Virus record (IMG/VR): IMGVR_UViG_3300042556_002263
DNA length: 64,000 bases
Reading direction: 5' to 3' (one strand)
From: an uncultured virus (IMG/VR IMGVR_UViG_3300042556_002263)
Lineage: Duplodnaviria > Heunggongvirae > Uroviricota > Caudoviricetes
The position numbers and the translations under genes were made by a program. The notes under the pieces are model-generated. The model was not told where the DNA came from. It searched no databases and worked only from the letters and a program-made list of their open reading frames with translations. Positions 55,917 through 64,000 of this stretch are shown piece after piece. Within the stretch, counting starts at the first letter, position 1. Every line of letters begins with the position of its first letter.

Positions 55917-58900
55917 TTCTTCCTCATTGTCTTTATTTCCAAACCTGGTGTTCCCTGTCTTTCTGGATAGGATAGACCAAGCAAGGCTATCCATCTTCCC
56001 CTCGGTATGGACGGGAATAGTTTTTCCAATAAATCAACAGTTGATTTATCTATTGTCGAAATATTATTGTTTGCCCTTGTTCTTTCGGAGGGTTTTGACG
56101 TAATAGTTCTGCCAACCTCCGCTATCAATTCATGCACTCCATATCTGGCATATTCAGAATATCTCTTGGCAACATCATCAAATATTCCGCCTCTGTCTCG
56201 AATTATGTCAGTAATCATGCTGTCTTTTCTGCCAAATAACATTTCGTCTATTAGGGCATCTAATGAAAGCGTAATTTGAAGCATGTTGTTTTGAAGTACG
56301 TCTTCTACCATTTCAAGCGCTTTTGCTTTAATCTGCGGTTCCGTAAGTCCTGTATATTGCTTTTTTACTTCGCGTATTGCGTCTTCCAAGAATCTTGCTT
56401 CTATATATTTTGGTAAATCTACGCCTGCAAAAATTTTTCTTACCACTGCTCCTGGGTCACTTGCTAATTGCTCAAGACCTTTTATGTATGTATCAAATCT
56501 TGCATCAAAAGTTTGAGGGTCTACCGCCATCATTACCGAATCTAGATAATGAAACCATTCATGTCTCAATGTTTCTTGAACAAAATCAAACTTTTTGTCG
56601 TCAAAACTTGAGCCAATGGCCTCATGTTTGCCCTTTTTTATGTGCTCTCTGCCGATAACAATAAGTGCTGCAAATGGAGTATGGTATGCAGATGCATTGC
56701 CCATTGGACCACCCTCTGGCCTGCCATCCCCATTAATCATCATTGGCAAACCAAACTCCTCAACCAGGCTTCTGAATGCAGGATTATCAGTAAGTTCGTC
56801 TTCGAGAACTTTTCTAAGTTTTTCTTGCTCACGAGGGTCATATCCAATATTGGAAAGTATTGTTTTAAGTTTCCAATTTCTATTGCCTGAATCTGAAATT
56901 ATTGAATACCTTAATGCTGGTATTGAGTCAAAAAGTCTGTCGTAAAACTCGTCTTCCGTTTCGTTGCTTCCCCTTATTGGGACAAACTGTTCAACAACTT
57001 CCCTAATTCCCTTCGGTGTATCAAGTCTTCCGCGAAGAGACAGTCTTTCTATGCTTATTGGAGATGGTGGACCAGCAACCGCACCCATTGCCTCCTCTCT
57101 TTTGTAGACCCCACCATCTGCAATCATCTGAAGTTTCTTTGACAGATATACGTCAGTATTTTTAGGTGAACCGTCTTTATGTTTTGTAATTCTGTTGTTC
57201 AGCCTTTGTATAAAACGCTGAATTCTTGCCTCTATCTTTCTGTCTATGCCTGGCAGTGTGGATATAGACGTCTGAGCCCCAGTTCCCGGTTGTGTCCCAA
57301 ATGGACTTGACCCACCAACTCTCCCCTGCTGGCTTCCTGGTTTATTTTTAGGAGGCGTGTATCTAGAGCCTTTTTTCTTTTTAGAAGAAGAAGCAAACCC
57401 CATAAACTCATCTGATTCTTTGAGTGCTTCTTGCGCTTCATCTGAAAGAACTGATTTATCGCCAGGCTTTGGCTCTAGCGGATTACCGTTCATAAACTCA
57501 TCAAGTTTTTTTTGGTCAAAAACTTCTAGTTTTCCATCTTTGAAGGATGCCAATAGTCTCGGTGGTTTTCCCGGCTCTACCTCGTTATCCCATATATAAA
57601 ATTCGTCCACTTCACCATTAGCAACAGCAGAAGAAACCATTCTTGGAATAGAGCGAGCAAAATGGTCTGTTTGGTCAGGTATTTTTCTGCCTTGGTCTTT
57701 TTCTCTTTGTCGCAATCTGCGTGATGCCTCCGCCTGCGAAACATGAACCCAATGCGCAACAACTCTGTCGCCATTCCGTCGTGCTTGTGCAATTAATGCT
57801 CTCTGTCTTGTTGAGCCAGCACCAGTTGCAACTACGTCAGAACCATCTTTTCTTGCATCATCAATTGTATGCTGTGCTGCCCTAAGTGATTCATCATGGA
57901 CCATTGGCGCACCAGCGCCATCGCTATATCCGGGTAAGCCCATTTTTATAAAATCTGGGTCAACATGGGCGGCTTCATCTCTTGCTGGAACAAGACCTTT
58001 TGGAACAAGATGGTCGTCTAGGACCGTTGTTTTGCCACCTCCAGTTGTTCCACCAATCAAATATGTTGTTCTCTGTTTTTTGCCTTTATTTTTTGGCTTA
58101 ACAAGACCGCGAATTAGTTGACCCATTTTCTTTCCACCGAGGTTTCTGAATGGGTTTGTCGGCGATGCGTCTGGGTTTTCCAAACCTTCTATGCCAAAGT
58201 CTTCGCTCTTTATTGGCTTTGAAGTTGAAGCAAAACCTCTCGTGCTTCTGCTTCTCACGGAGAAGTTTTCAATTGGTTCACCAAATAATTGTTGTCTGCG
58301 GGAAGATGATGTTTTATCAAACCACGAAGCAACAGCATCTATTGAAGATTGAGAAATTGGTTTTTGTTCTGACTGGGCCGGGAGTTTTGGTTTTGGAATA
58401 TTTGGTCTTTCAAATGCTGAACCATCTTGCAATAGGCCGTCTCCGTCTCCGTCCTCAGCATTCGGGTCAAATCTTTGTGTGATTGTTCTTGCTGCGAATC
58501 TAGACACTCCAGAGATTTTTGGACCAATAGCCTTGCCCATTATTTCCTCGACAAGACTCTTTTTTCTTTTTTTCAACTCTTGCGATAAAACAGTCCTGAT
58601 TACCTTCTGGGTATTCTTTTCTTGATTTAAGCGACCAAGCGATGTCATGCCGGTTAGGTTGTTGTAATCCGTCATGTTTGTACATGGCATCCAGACTATT
58701 TTTCCAGACTTAGACATTCTTCTACTGACGCCTATGCAGCCAAGTTGTCTTGCTCTTCTACGCGCAGATTCTATGTCTGTAAATACATCGGTGTCATTGT
58801 CTCTCGGAGAGTACTGCTCTGACTTTTCTTCAAGAGATTTTGTTGCAAAACCGCCAGGAACATTTGGTGGATTTGGATTTCCGTGAAATATCCCCGGTAT

Positions 58901-59239
58901 ACGACCGCCGCTTACTATTCCAACCGGATTTCCGGGCTTGCCATTCCATGATGTTAGCCCTACGCCTGGCGTGCTGTTTATTCCGCCAACGCCTCTTTCG
59001 CGTAGGTTTTCCCAGCGTCTTTTTTTTCTTTTGCCCTTCTTTTTTCTTCTAGAAGAGCGTTTTTCCATCTCAAGTATTGTTGTTCTTGACTTAACAGACA
59101 TGGGTTCAGTGAGCGACATGTACTGTTTTATTGAGGAACAGGGAATCCATTCACCTCTTGTGTTTTGATGCGCGCCAGAGCAACCAATCTGGGCAGCCCG
59201 TCTTATTGCAAGCAGTTTTGAAACGAAACCATTTTCCAC
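55913..59239 (-). CDS. 1108-aa modular protein: 2x DUF3721-like, DGDGDG tag, zeta-toxin-like P-loop kinase, zincin
   Basis: RRA.Q.GC.G...W.PC twice; GGTTGGGKTT..HVDPD.IK; LRHEWFH..SEYA..E..AE. Confidence 0.8.
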   Translation of the reverse strand: MENGFVSKLLAIRRAAQIGCSGAHQNTRGEWIPCSSIKQYMSLTEPMSVKSRTTILEMEKRSSRRKKKGKRKKRRWENLRERGVGGINSTPGVGLTSWNGKPGNPVGIVSGGRIPGIFHGNPNPPNVPGGFATKSLEEKSEQYSPRDNDTDVFTDIESARRRARQLGCIGVSRRMSKSGKIVWMPCTNMTDYNNLTGMTSLGRLNQEKNTQKVIRTVLSQELKKRKKSLVEEIMGKAIGPKISGVSRFAARTITQRFDPNAEDGDGDGLLQDGSAFERPNIPKPKLPAQSEQKPISQSSIDAVASWFDKTSSSRRQQLFGEPIENFSVRSRSTRGFASTSKPIKSEDFGIEGLENPDASPTNPFRNLGGKKMGQLIRGLVKPKNKGKKQRTTYLIGGTTGGGKTTVLDDHLVPKGLVPARDEAAHVDPDFIKMGLPGYSDGAGAPMVHDESLRAAQHTIDDARKDGSDVVATGAGSTRQRALIAQARRNGDRVVAHWVHVSQAEASRRLRQREKDQGRKIPDQTDHFARSIPRMVSSAVANGEVDEFYIWDNEVEPGKPPRLLASFKDGKLEVFDQKKLDEFMNGNPLEPKPGDKSVLSDEAQEALKESDEFMGFASSSKKKKGSRYTPPKNKPGSQQGRVGGSSPFGTQPGTGAQTSISTLPGIDRKIEARIQRFIQRLNNRITKHKDGSPKNTDVYLSKKLQMIADGGVYKREEAMGAVAGPPSPISIERLSLRGRLDTPKGIREVVEQFVPIRGSNETEDEFYDRLFDSIPALRYSIISDSGNRNWKLKTILSNIGYDPREQEKLRKVLEDELTDNPAFRSLVEEFGLPMMINGDGRPEGGPMGNASAYHTPFAALIVIGREHIKKGKHEAIGSSFDDKKFDFVQETLRHEWFHYLDSVMMAVDPQTFDARFDTYIKGLEQLASDPGAVVRKIFAGVDLPKYIEARFLEDAIREVKKQYTGLTEPQIKAKALEMVEDVLQNNMLQITLSLDALIDEMLFGRKDSMITDIIRDRGGIFDDVAKRYSEYARYGVHELIAEVGRTITSKPSERTRANNNISTIDKSTVDLLEKLFPSIPRGRWIALLGLSYPERQGTPGLEIKTMRKK

Positions 59240-59244
59240 ATTAA

Positions 59245-59574
59245 TCAGAACAAACCTGTTGGTAAGTCCCCGTCATCCATTGGGTCAACATTCTCTCGAC
59301 CCTCCATCTTGAGAACTGCTTTTTGCGCCTCTTCTGGTTTATCGGCATACCTCTTTTGATACAAACGGGCTTCCTCTAGGTCGTCTGCCCATTTTGCTTC
59401 GAGAGTGGAGTACATTCTCTCCATGCCACCCTCTTCTCCAGAAGCAGAAAGTATTCTCTCTGTCTCCTTTTGAACATCCTGCTTGTACTCTTTTCTCTTT
59501 TTAAGAGATGTAGTAAAAGGAGGCCAATCAAGAATAAGTGAGTATTCTTTATGCTTTGACATGAACTCTTCCAC
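59245..59574 (-). CDS. hypothetical protein
   Basis: ORF between two large modular genes. Confidence 0.6.
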   Translation of the reverse strand: MEEFMSKHKEYSLILDWPPFTTSLKKRKEYKQDVQKETERILSASGEEGGMERMYSTLEAKWADDLEEARLYQKRYADKPEEAQKAVLKMEGRENVDPMDDGDLPTGLF

Positions 59575-59576
59575 TT

Positions 59577-62500
59577 TTAACTCGCTCTCTGGATGTCGTA
59601 AATTTCTTTCATTCTACCTCGCTTCATTGGTCCGTCAACAATGGCTAAAGCGCCTCTGTTGAACCACACAATCGGCGAATTTCCCTCATGGTCAACACCG
59701 TCGTATCCGTAAATCATGGCGGCATAGTGCTCATCTTTTGACGCAAGTGATTCCATGTATTTTAGTGCATCCCATAGTTCCTGTCTCATTTCTGGAGGTG
59801 CAGTCTCCATATATTTAAACATGTTTGACAGGAGTTGACCTGCTTCAGTTTGCCAAATTGGGTCGCCATCTGCAAACGCTTTAAGAATTTCAGCCTTTAA
59901 TTCTTTTACCAAGTCTTGCGGGTCAAGGTCTTTTGCCCCCTGTGTTCCACCGCCAATTCCGGAGAGGGCTTTATGTACTTCACTCCAAATTTTTCTATGT
60001 TCGGCCTGAAGTTTTGCTGCCTCAGTGATTGTTAAAACCCTTGTATCTGGGGAAATAAGAGCAAGCGTTCCCTGTTCATAAGCGAGATAACCATCCCAGT
60101 TCGTACCAGGTCTTGCCCAGTATTCACCAGGACCGTATACAGCACCGCCTTCACCAGTGATAAATCTTTCTGGGTCTTCAATGTAGTCCTTAATCCAACC
60201 TATTGCTCCGGCCTCGTTGTTGGCAGGCGGTGGGGGTGTTCCGTGACCACGCTGTATTACCTTCCATCCTTGACCAGCAAGGAATTCAGCATCTTCTTCT
60301 GTTATTGGTGTAGCAAGGGCATTATATCCCTGGGCGGTCCATACATTACCTAGTTCCTTACCAGCATTTTGTCCCTTTTGTTCTTGAAGCAGTTCAAGTG
60401 CTCGCGGGTCATCTTTTCCTCTAAATAGAATTGCAAGTTTTTGAATGCCCTTTTCATCAACTTTAGGAACTCCGCCTTTTCCATTTCCAAAAATTGTTGG
60501 GTTGGATGACTTTGTCGATTCAATTTCTTTCATGACATCATCAGCGCTCGGACCACCCTTGAGTTTGCGCTTAAGTCTTCTGCCGGTTCTTGCAAGCGCT
60601 CTTCTTGCTCTTTCTTTTGCCCCCGGTGCACCTGGTCTGTCTTCGCCAAGACCGCGTACTATGCCGCGCCTTTGTCTGCGTAGTTCTCTCTTGGCTTTTG
60701 CCGCCTCGGCGTTTTCGAAAATCCTGTCGGCAAACTTTTTTAATTTTCCGCTCTTTCCTTTTCCGACAACGGCCCTCTTGCCTTCTTTGTACTGTTCATA
60801 TTCAGTAAAGAATGAAGAAGGCGCTTTCCAGTCAATTTTGGGGCGAGTTTTACCTTCAAATGGGTCTTTTGTGCCCTTCAATATACTGCCCGCCGCATTT
60901 CTGCCAAGTCCCTGATTTCGTGACCTGGCGGTCAGGTGCTCCATTAGTTCCCAGTTATCTGTTTCAAACATTGAGTCAAAAACCTTAAGGTCCTGCAGGT
61001 CATCTAGTAGAGTCCTTTTTTCACTCTCTAGTTTTTTGACTTTATTTTCTAGTGATTTTAGCGTTTTGGGGTTTGTTGGTGTTGGTGAACTTTGCGCCGC
61101 CTGAAGAGCATTGTTTGCAGCAACTAGGTCAGAATCAATGTCTTCGATAATTGCTTCAACTGCAAGTTCGAAACTTCTTAACGCTTCTCCGGAAATCCTA
61201 GAATCTTCAGACCATGGTTTGCTGTCTGCGTCTGTTTTGGAGCCAACTTTTCCGGTCTTTGCCAAGAAAGAACCCCACCATGTGCCACTACCGTACTCAT
61301 CGCCAAGTTCTCTTTTGATTGTTTTCTGAATCTGTTCATATCTATCTTTTAGATTTTCAACAACTGTTGCTTTCTGTGCATCATCAAGACCGTTAAATAT
61401 CTGACCGTCAGTATCTTTAACTTTGTCAACTCCTGGTCGTTTTCTGGCCGTTGCTTTACCACGCGAAGCAAAACCCTGAACCTGTCTTTCTGTTCTTGCA
61501 GTAGAAACTCTTCTTGATACACCGCGACCCTGCTCCGCAACTGGAGTTGAACGGCTAGCAATCGGTTTGACGTTTTCTAATCTGGGTTTTCCACCGGGAG
61601 TGCGCGCTCTGCTCGGAGCATCTTTTGGTGCCTGTAACGGTTTCCCGCCAGCAACCCTCGTGGGGCTAGTTCTTCCACTGGCGCTAGAAAATCCTTGCCA
61701 CGCTCTTGTGGCGGCTCTTGCGTCTACCGCGCCACCTGTTGCCCTGTCGTTAACTCCGGGAACTGCTGGTCTTTGGTACGGAGTTCCCTCTTGCACTATG
61801 CCGTCACCATCACCGTCCCAAGCCTTGGGGTCAAATCTTGCCATTGCGGCACGACCCGCTCTTCTTGCGAGTCTTGTTCCTCCACTAAGTCTCTCGCCGA
61901 GGGCTTTGAACTCAATATTTTCACCGAGACTCTTTGTCTCTAGTGAATCAATTATTCCGGTTTTAGTTCTTATGTTTTGGGAATTTATAAGAGCAGATTT
62001 TATTTTCATTCCAAGTCTTCTTTCCGAAGACCTTCCAACATTTGAGTCAAATCTTTGTCTTAGGGATTTGCTTTGTGGGGTGCTTGGGTTTGCGTTGTAC
62101 ATCCATTTTTGGAAGTTAAATGCATAATTATTGACTTTTGCCTCATGCGCAATGCTTCCCTCTTTAATGCTTTGTCTCATGTACAGGCACTTGTAAGAAA
62201 TAGCAGGAGAATACTGATATCCAGTAAAGTAGTTAATTGGAGTATCGATTACGGCTGGAACAATAGAGGCTGTCTTTATTCTTATAGAACCGGCATGTCT
62301 ATAGGATTTTGAAGCAACAAAATTTGAAACAGAAACATCACCATATCCAAATGTAAGTATTAGAGACTTGAGTTCTGTATCGGATGTATTTTTGTATGGA
62401 CCTTGAATTATTCCGGCAGGTATTTGCGATTCCTCTAGACTCTTTACCTCTACCTTATTTGCCCAGTTAGCCCACTCTTTGCCCTGACCCTCATATCCAT

Positions 62501-62585
62501 AGTATTTAATGCCATAATCGTCTTTTACAGCGATGGCGAACTTTTCATTGCGTAGTGCATCAAAGAGTGTAGATACTTGCTTCAT
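59577..62585 (-). CDS. 1002-aa modular protein with DGDGDG tag and C-terminal ART-like domain
   Basis: IQRGH...G.VYGPGEYWA...GYDGV. Confidence 0.7.
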   Translation of the reverse strand: MKQVSTLFDALRNEKFAIAVKDDYGIKYYGYEGQGKEWANWANKVEVKSLEESQIPAGIIQGPYKNTSDTELKSLILTFGYGDVSVSNFVASKSYRHAGSIRIKTASIVPAVIDTPINYFTGYQYSPAISYKCLYMRQSIKEGSIAHEAKVNNYAFNFQKWMYNANPSTPQSKSLRQRFDSNVGRSSERRLGMKIKSALINSQNIRTKTGIIDSLETKSLGENIEFKALGERLSGGTRLARRAGRAAMARFDPKAWDGDGDGIVQEGTPYQRPAVPGVNDRATGGAVDARAATRAWQGFSSASGRTSPTRVAGGKPLQAPKDAPSRARTPGGKPRLENVKPIASRSTPVAEQGRGVSRRVSTARTERQVQGFASRGKATARKRPGVDKVKDTDGQIFNGLDDAQKATVVENLKDRYEQIQKTIKRELGDEYGSGTWWGSFLAKTGKVGSKTDADSKPWSEDSRISGEALRSFELAVEAIIEDIDSDLVAANNALQAAQSSPTPTNPKTLKSLENKVKKLESEKRTLLDDLQDLKVFDSMFETDNWELMEHLTARSRNQGLGRNAAGSILKGTKDPFEGKTRPKIDWKAPSSFFTEYEQYKEGKRAVVGKGKSGKLKKFADRIFENAEAAKAKRELRRQRRGIVRGLGEDRPGAPGAKERARRALARTGRRLKRKLKGGPSADDVMKEIESTKSSNPTIFGNGKGGVPKVDEKGIQKLAILFRGKDDPRALELLQEQKGQNAGKELGNVWTAQGYNALATPITEEDAEFLAGQGWKVIQRGHGTPPPPANNEAGAIGWIKDYIEDPERFITGEGGAVYGPGEYWARPGTNWDGYLAYEQGTLALISPDTRVLTITEAAKLQAEHRKIWSEVHKALSGIGGGTQGAKDLDPQDLVKELKAEILKAFADGDPIWQTEAGQLLSNMFKYMETAPPEMRQELWDALKYMESLASKDEHYAAMIYGYDGVDHEGNSPIVWFNRGALAIVDGPMKRGRMKEIYDIQRAS

Positions 62586-64000
62586 TTCAGCGCTCCAAAT
62601 ATTTCGAGCAGGGTGTTTTTGCTATTTTCATAGACACTGATTCTCGTTTCAATAATCTGTCCGACGATTTCAAGGTGTGCTTTTTCAGCGCCAGAAAGTT
62701 TTCCGTCGTTATACATCCTTGATTTCAACTGCGTAAAGTTAAATTTCCTTGCTCTTAATAATAAAGCGTCTATTTCTCTTCTGAAAGCAAGTTGTTGCTG
62801 TTTCTTTAGTTGTTGAAAGTATGACAAGTACTTGTCATTTCCAGGAGATTTCATAAAATCATTGATTGTCATCCTGGTGCGTTCACGAATTTTAATTTTG
62901 TCCAGGTCGGTGAGGGCAGATGTGTAGTTGTTTGTAACAACAGGTTTAGTTATCTCGCCATTTGACACGGGGACAATGGAACCTGGGTCCCTGACTCTTT
63001 GGTCCGTAATCCAGTCAGATACAAGCATTTTTGCTACGTCCTCAGGCTCATAGTCTGTGAACTTTTTTCTTCTGTCCACTTCATAGCCACGAATTATGCT
63101 GCCCGGGTCCTCAACCATGTATTTCCTATTGCTTCCAGTCCCCACAAAGAAAACGTCTGGGGATTCAAGGCCGAGAAACTGTTGGAAATCTGAGGCAACT
63201 CTTTGCCCAATGTGTTCATTTTCCCCAGACGGCGAGTGAAGTATGTACTTGGGCCCGTTTGGCACTGAAACAATGCTCCTCTTAGCGTCAAGTTTTTCAA
63301 CCTTAAATGCATTGCTTCTAGATATTGCTTGACCAAGTATTCCAGGGTCTATGTCGCTAAGTTTCCCACCTTCTGAAATAAGCGCTACCGCCCTATCGAG
63401 GTCAGTTATTTGTTTGCCGATTTGTGATTCACTATCAGTTTCACGAGAAGATTCTGCAATAGGCTTTGCTTTCTTTCCTTTTCCAAACAATTCATCAGCC
63501 CATCTCGGAATTGTTCTACCGTTTTTGGAAACAGATTCATTTGGGTTCTTTATGTTTACAAAATTTTCTGAGTAGCCAATACCGTCACCCGTTTGGTTCA
63601 CTACTTCTTTTAAGCGTGCAGTTGGGTCATTGCTGATATCTATTTTTGCAGCAGAGTTAACTGTTCTTCCGAGTTTTCTTCTTTCACCAACAGTGAGCGG
63701 CCTCTTCTTTTCTAGACTTATCTGTGAGCCGCCAGGCATAACATATGTGAGTTTTGTTATTCCGGTGTTGGATAAAAGACCCAGTTCCTGTCCACCCATT
63801 TGGTCGGCACTTTGTACAGAAAGAAGATATGTAGCGCCCTCCATGTCTCTGTTGTCCGGGATTGCTCTTAATACCTGTGCTGATACAACTGGCTCTAAAA
63901 CAAAACCATCCCTGCGAACCATTCTGGCGACAGGTTTGTCAACCCTTCCTATTTCGGATACTAGATTTCTTGCTGCCGCAACTACAGCACCGCGATTTTC
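62582..64000 (-). CDS. large protein (5'-truncated) with degenerate HipA/PI4K-like C-terminus
   Basis: frame open to window edge; LGL.SP...DWITDQRVRDPGSI. Confidence 0.65.
   Translation of the reverse strand, partial: ENRGAVVAAARNLVSEIGRVDKPVARMVRRDGFVLEPVVSAQVLRAIPDNRDMEGATYLLSVQSADQMGGQELGLLSNTGITKLTYVMPGGSQISLEKKRPLTVGERRKLGRTVNSAAKIDISNDPTARLKEVVNQTGDGIGYSENFVNIKNPNESVSKNGRTIPRWADELFGKGKKAKPIAESSRETDSESQIGKQITDLDRAVALISEGGKLSDIDPGILGQAISRSNAFKVEKLDAKRSIVSVPNGPKYILHSPSGENEHIGQRVASDFQQFLGLESPDVFFVGTGSNRKYMVEDPGSIIRGYEVDRRKKFTDYEPEDVAKMLVSDWITDQRVRDPGSIVPVSNGEITKPVVTNNYTSALTDLDKIKIRERTRMTINDFMKSPGNDKYLSYFQQLKKQQQLAFRREIDALLLRARKFNFTQLKSRMYNDGKLSGAEKAHLEIVGQIIETRISVYENSKNTLLEIFGALK

Overview
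This is a 64-kb segment of a large tailed dsDNA phage with an HK97-fold capsid. The host is very probably an Actinobacterium (inferred from WhiB, an Rpf-like lytic domain, pervasive leaderless genes and Gram-positive-type LexA boxes). There are three zones. (1) About 1-27 kb is a GC-richer, probably early/host-takeover region of ~60 small genes. They are arranged as cassettes headed by ~40 copies of one promoter motif, (G/T/A)GTTG(T/C)-N12-(C/T/A)T(T/A)A(C/A/G)A(A/C/T)GC-CA(T/C)A(A/C)T-N6-ATG (approximate consensus). The start codon lies exactly 37 nt after the first base, i.e. leaderless mRNAs. Interleaved are DnaA-box clusters at a fixed distance from promoters, a parS-like site, a periodic 13-mer and several structured non-coding RNAs. 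(2) About 27-31 kb and 43.5-52 kb hold replication/metabolism genes (ssb, whiB, primase-helicase, thyX, class II RNR, a LexA DNA-binding-domain-only protein) and most of the 10 tRNAs, all with U at the wobble position. (3) About 31-43 kb and 52-64 kb are minus-strand, AT-richer virion genes: the major capsid protein and three large proteins (~3700, 1108, 1002 aa). These share an N-proximal FDPxAxDGDGDG tag and are punctuated by a recurring GFAS motif separating zincin-peptidase, ADP-ribosyltransferase-like, kinase-like and zeta-toxin-like modules. The best candidates for undescribed systems are the GFAS-delimited, probably capsid-packaged effector polyproteins and the DnaA-box/parS/LexA-box-decorated leaderless promoter-cassette array with its ncRNAs. 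All calls are by-eye motif recognition; no database searches were run.
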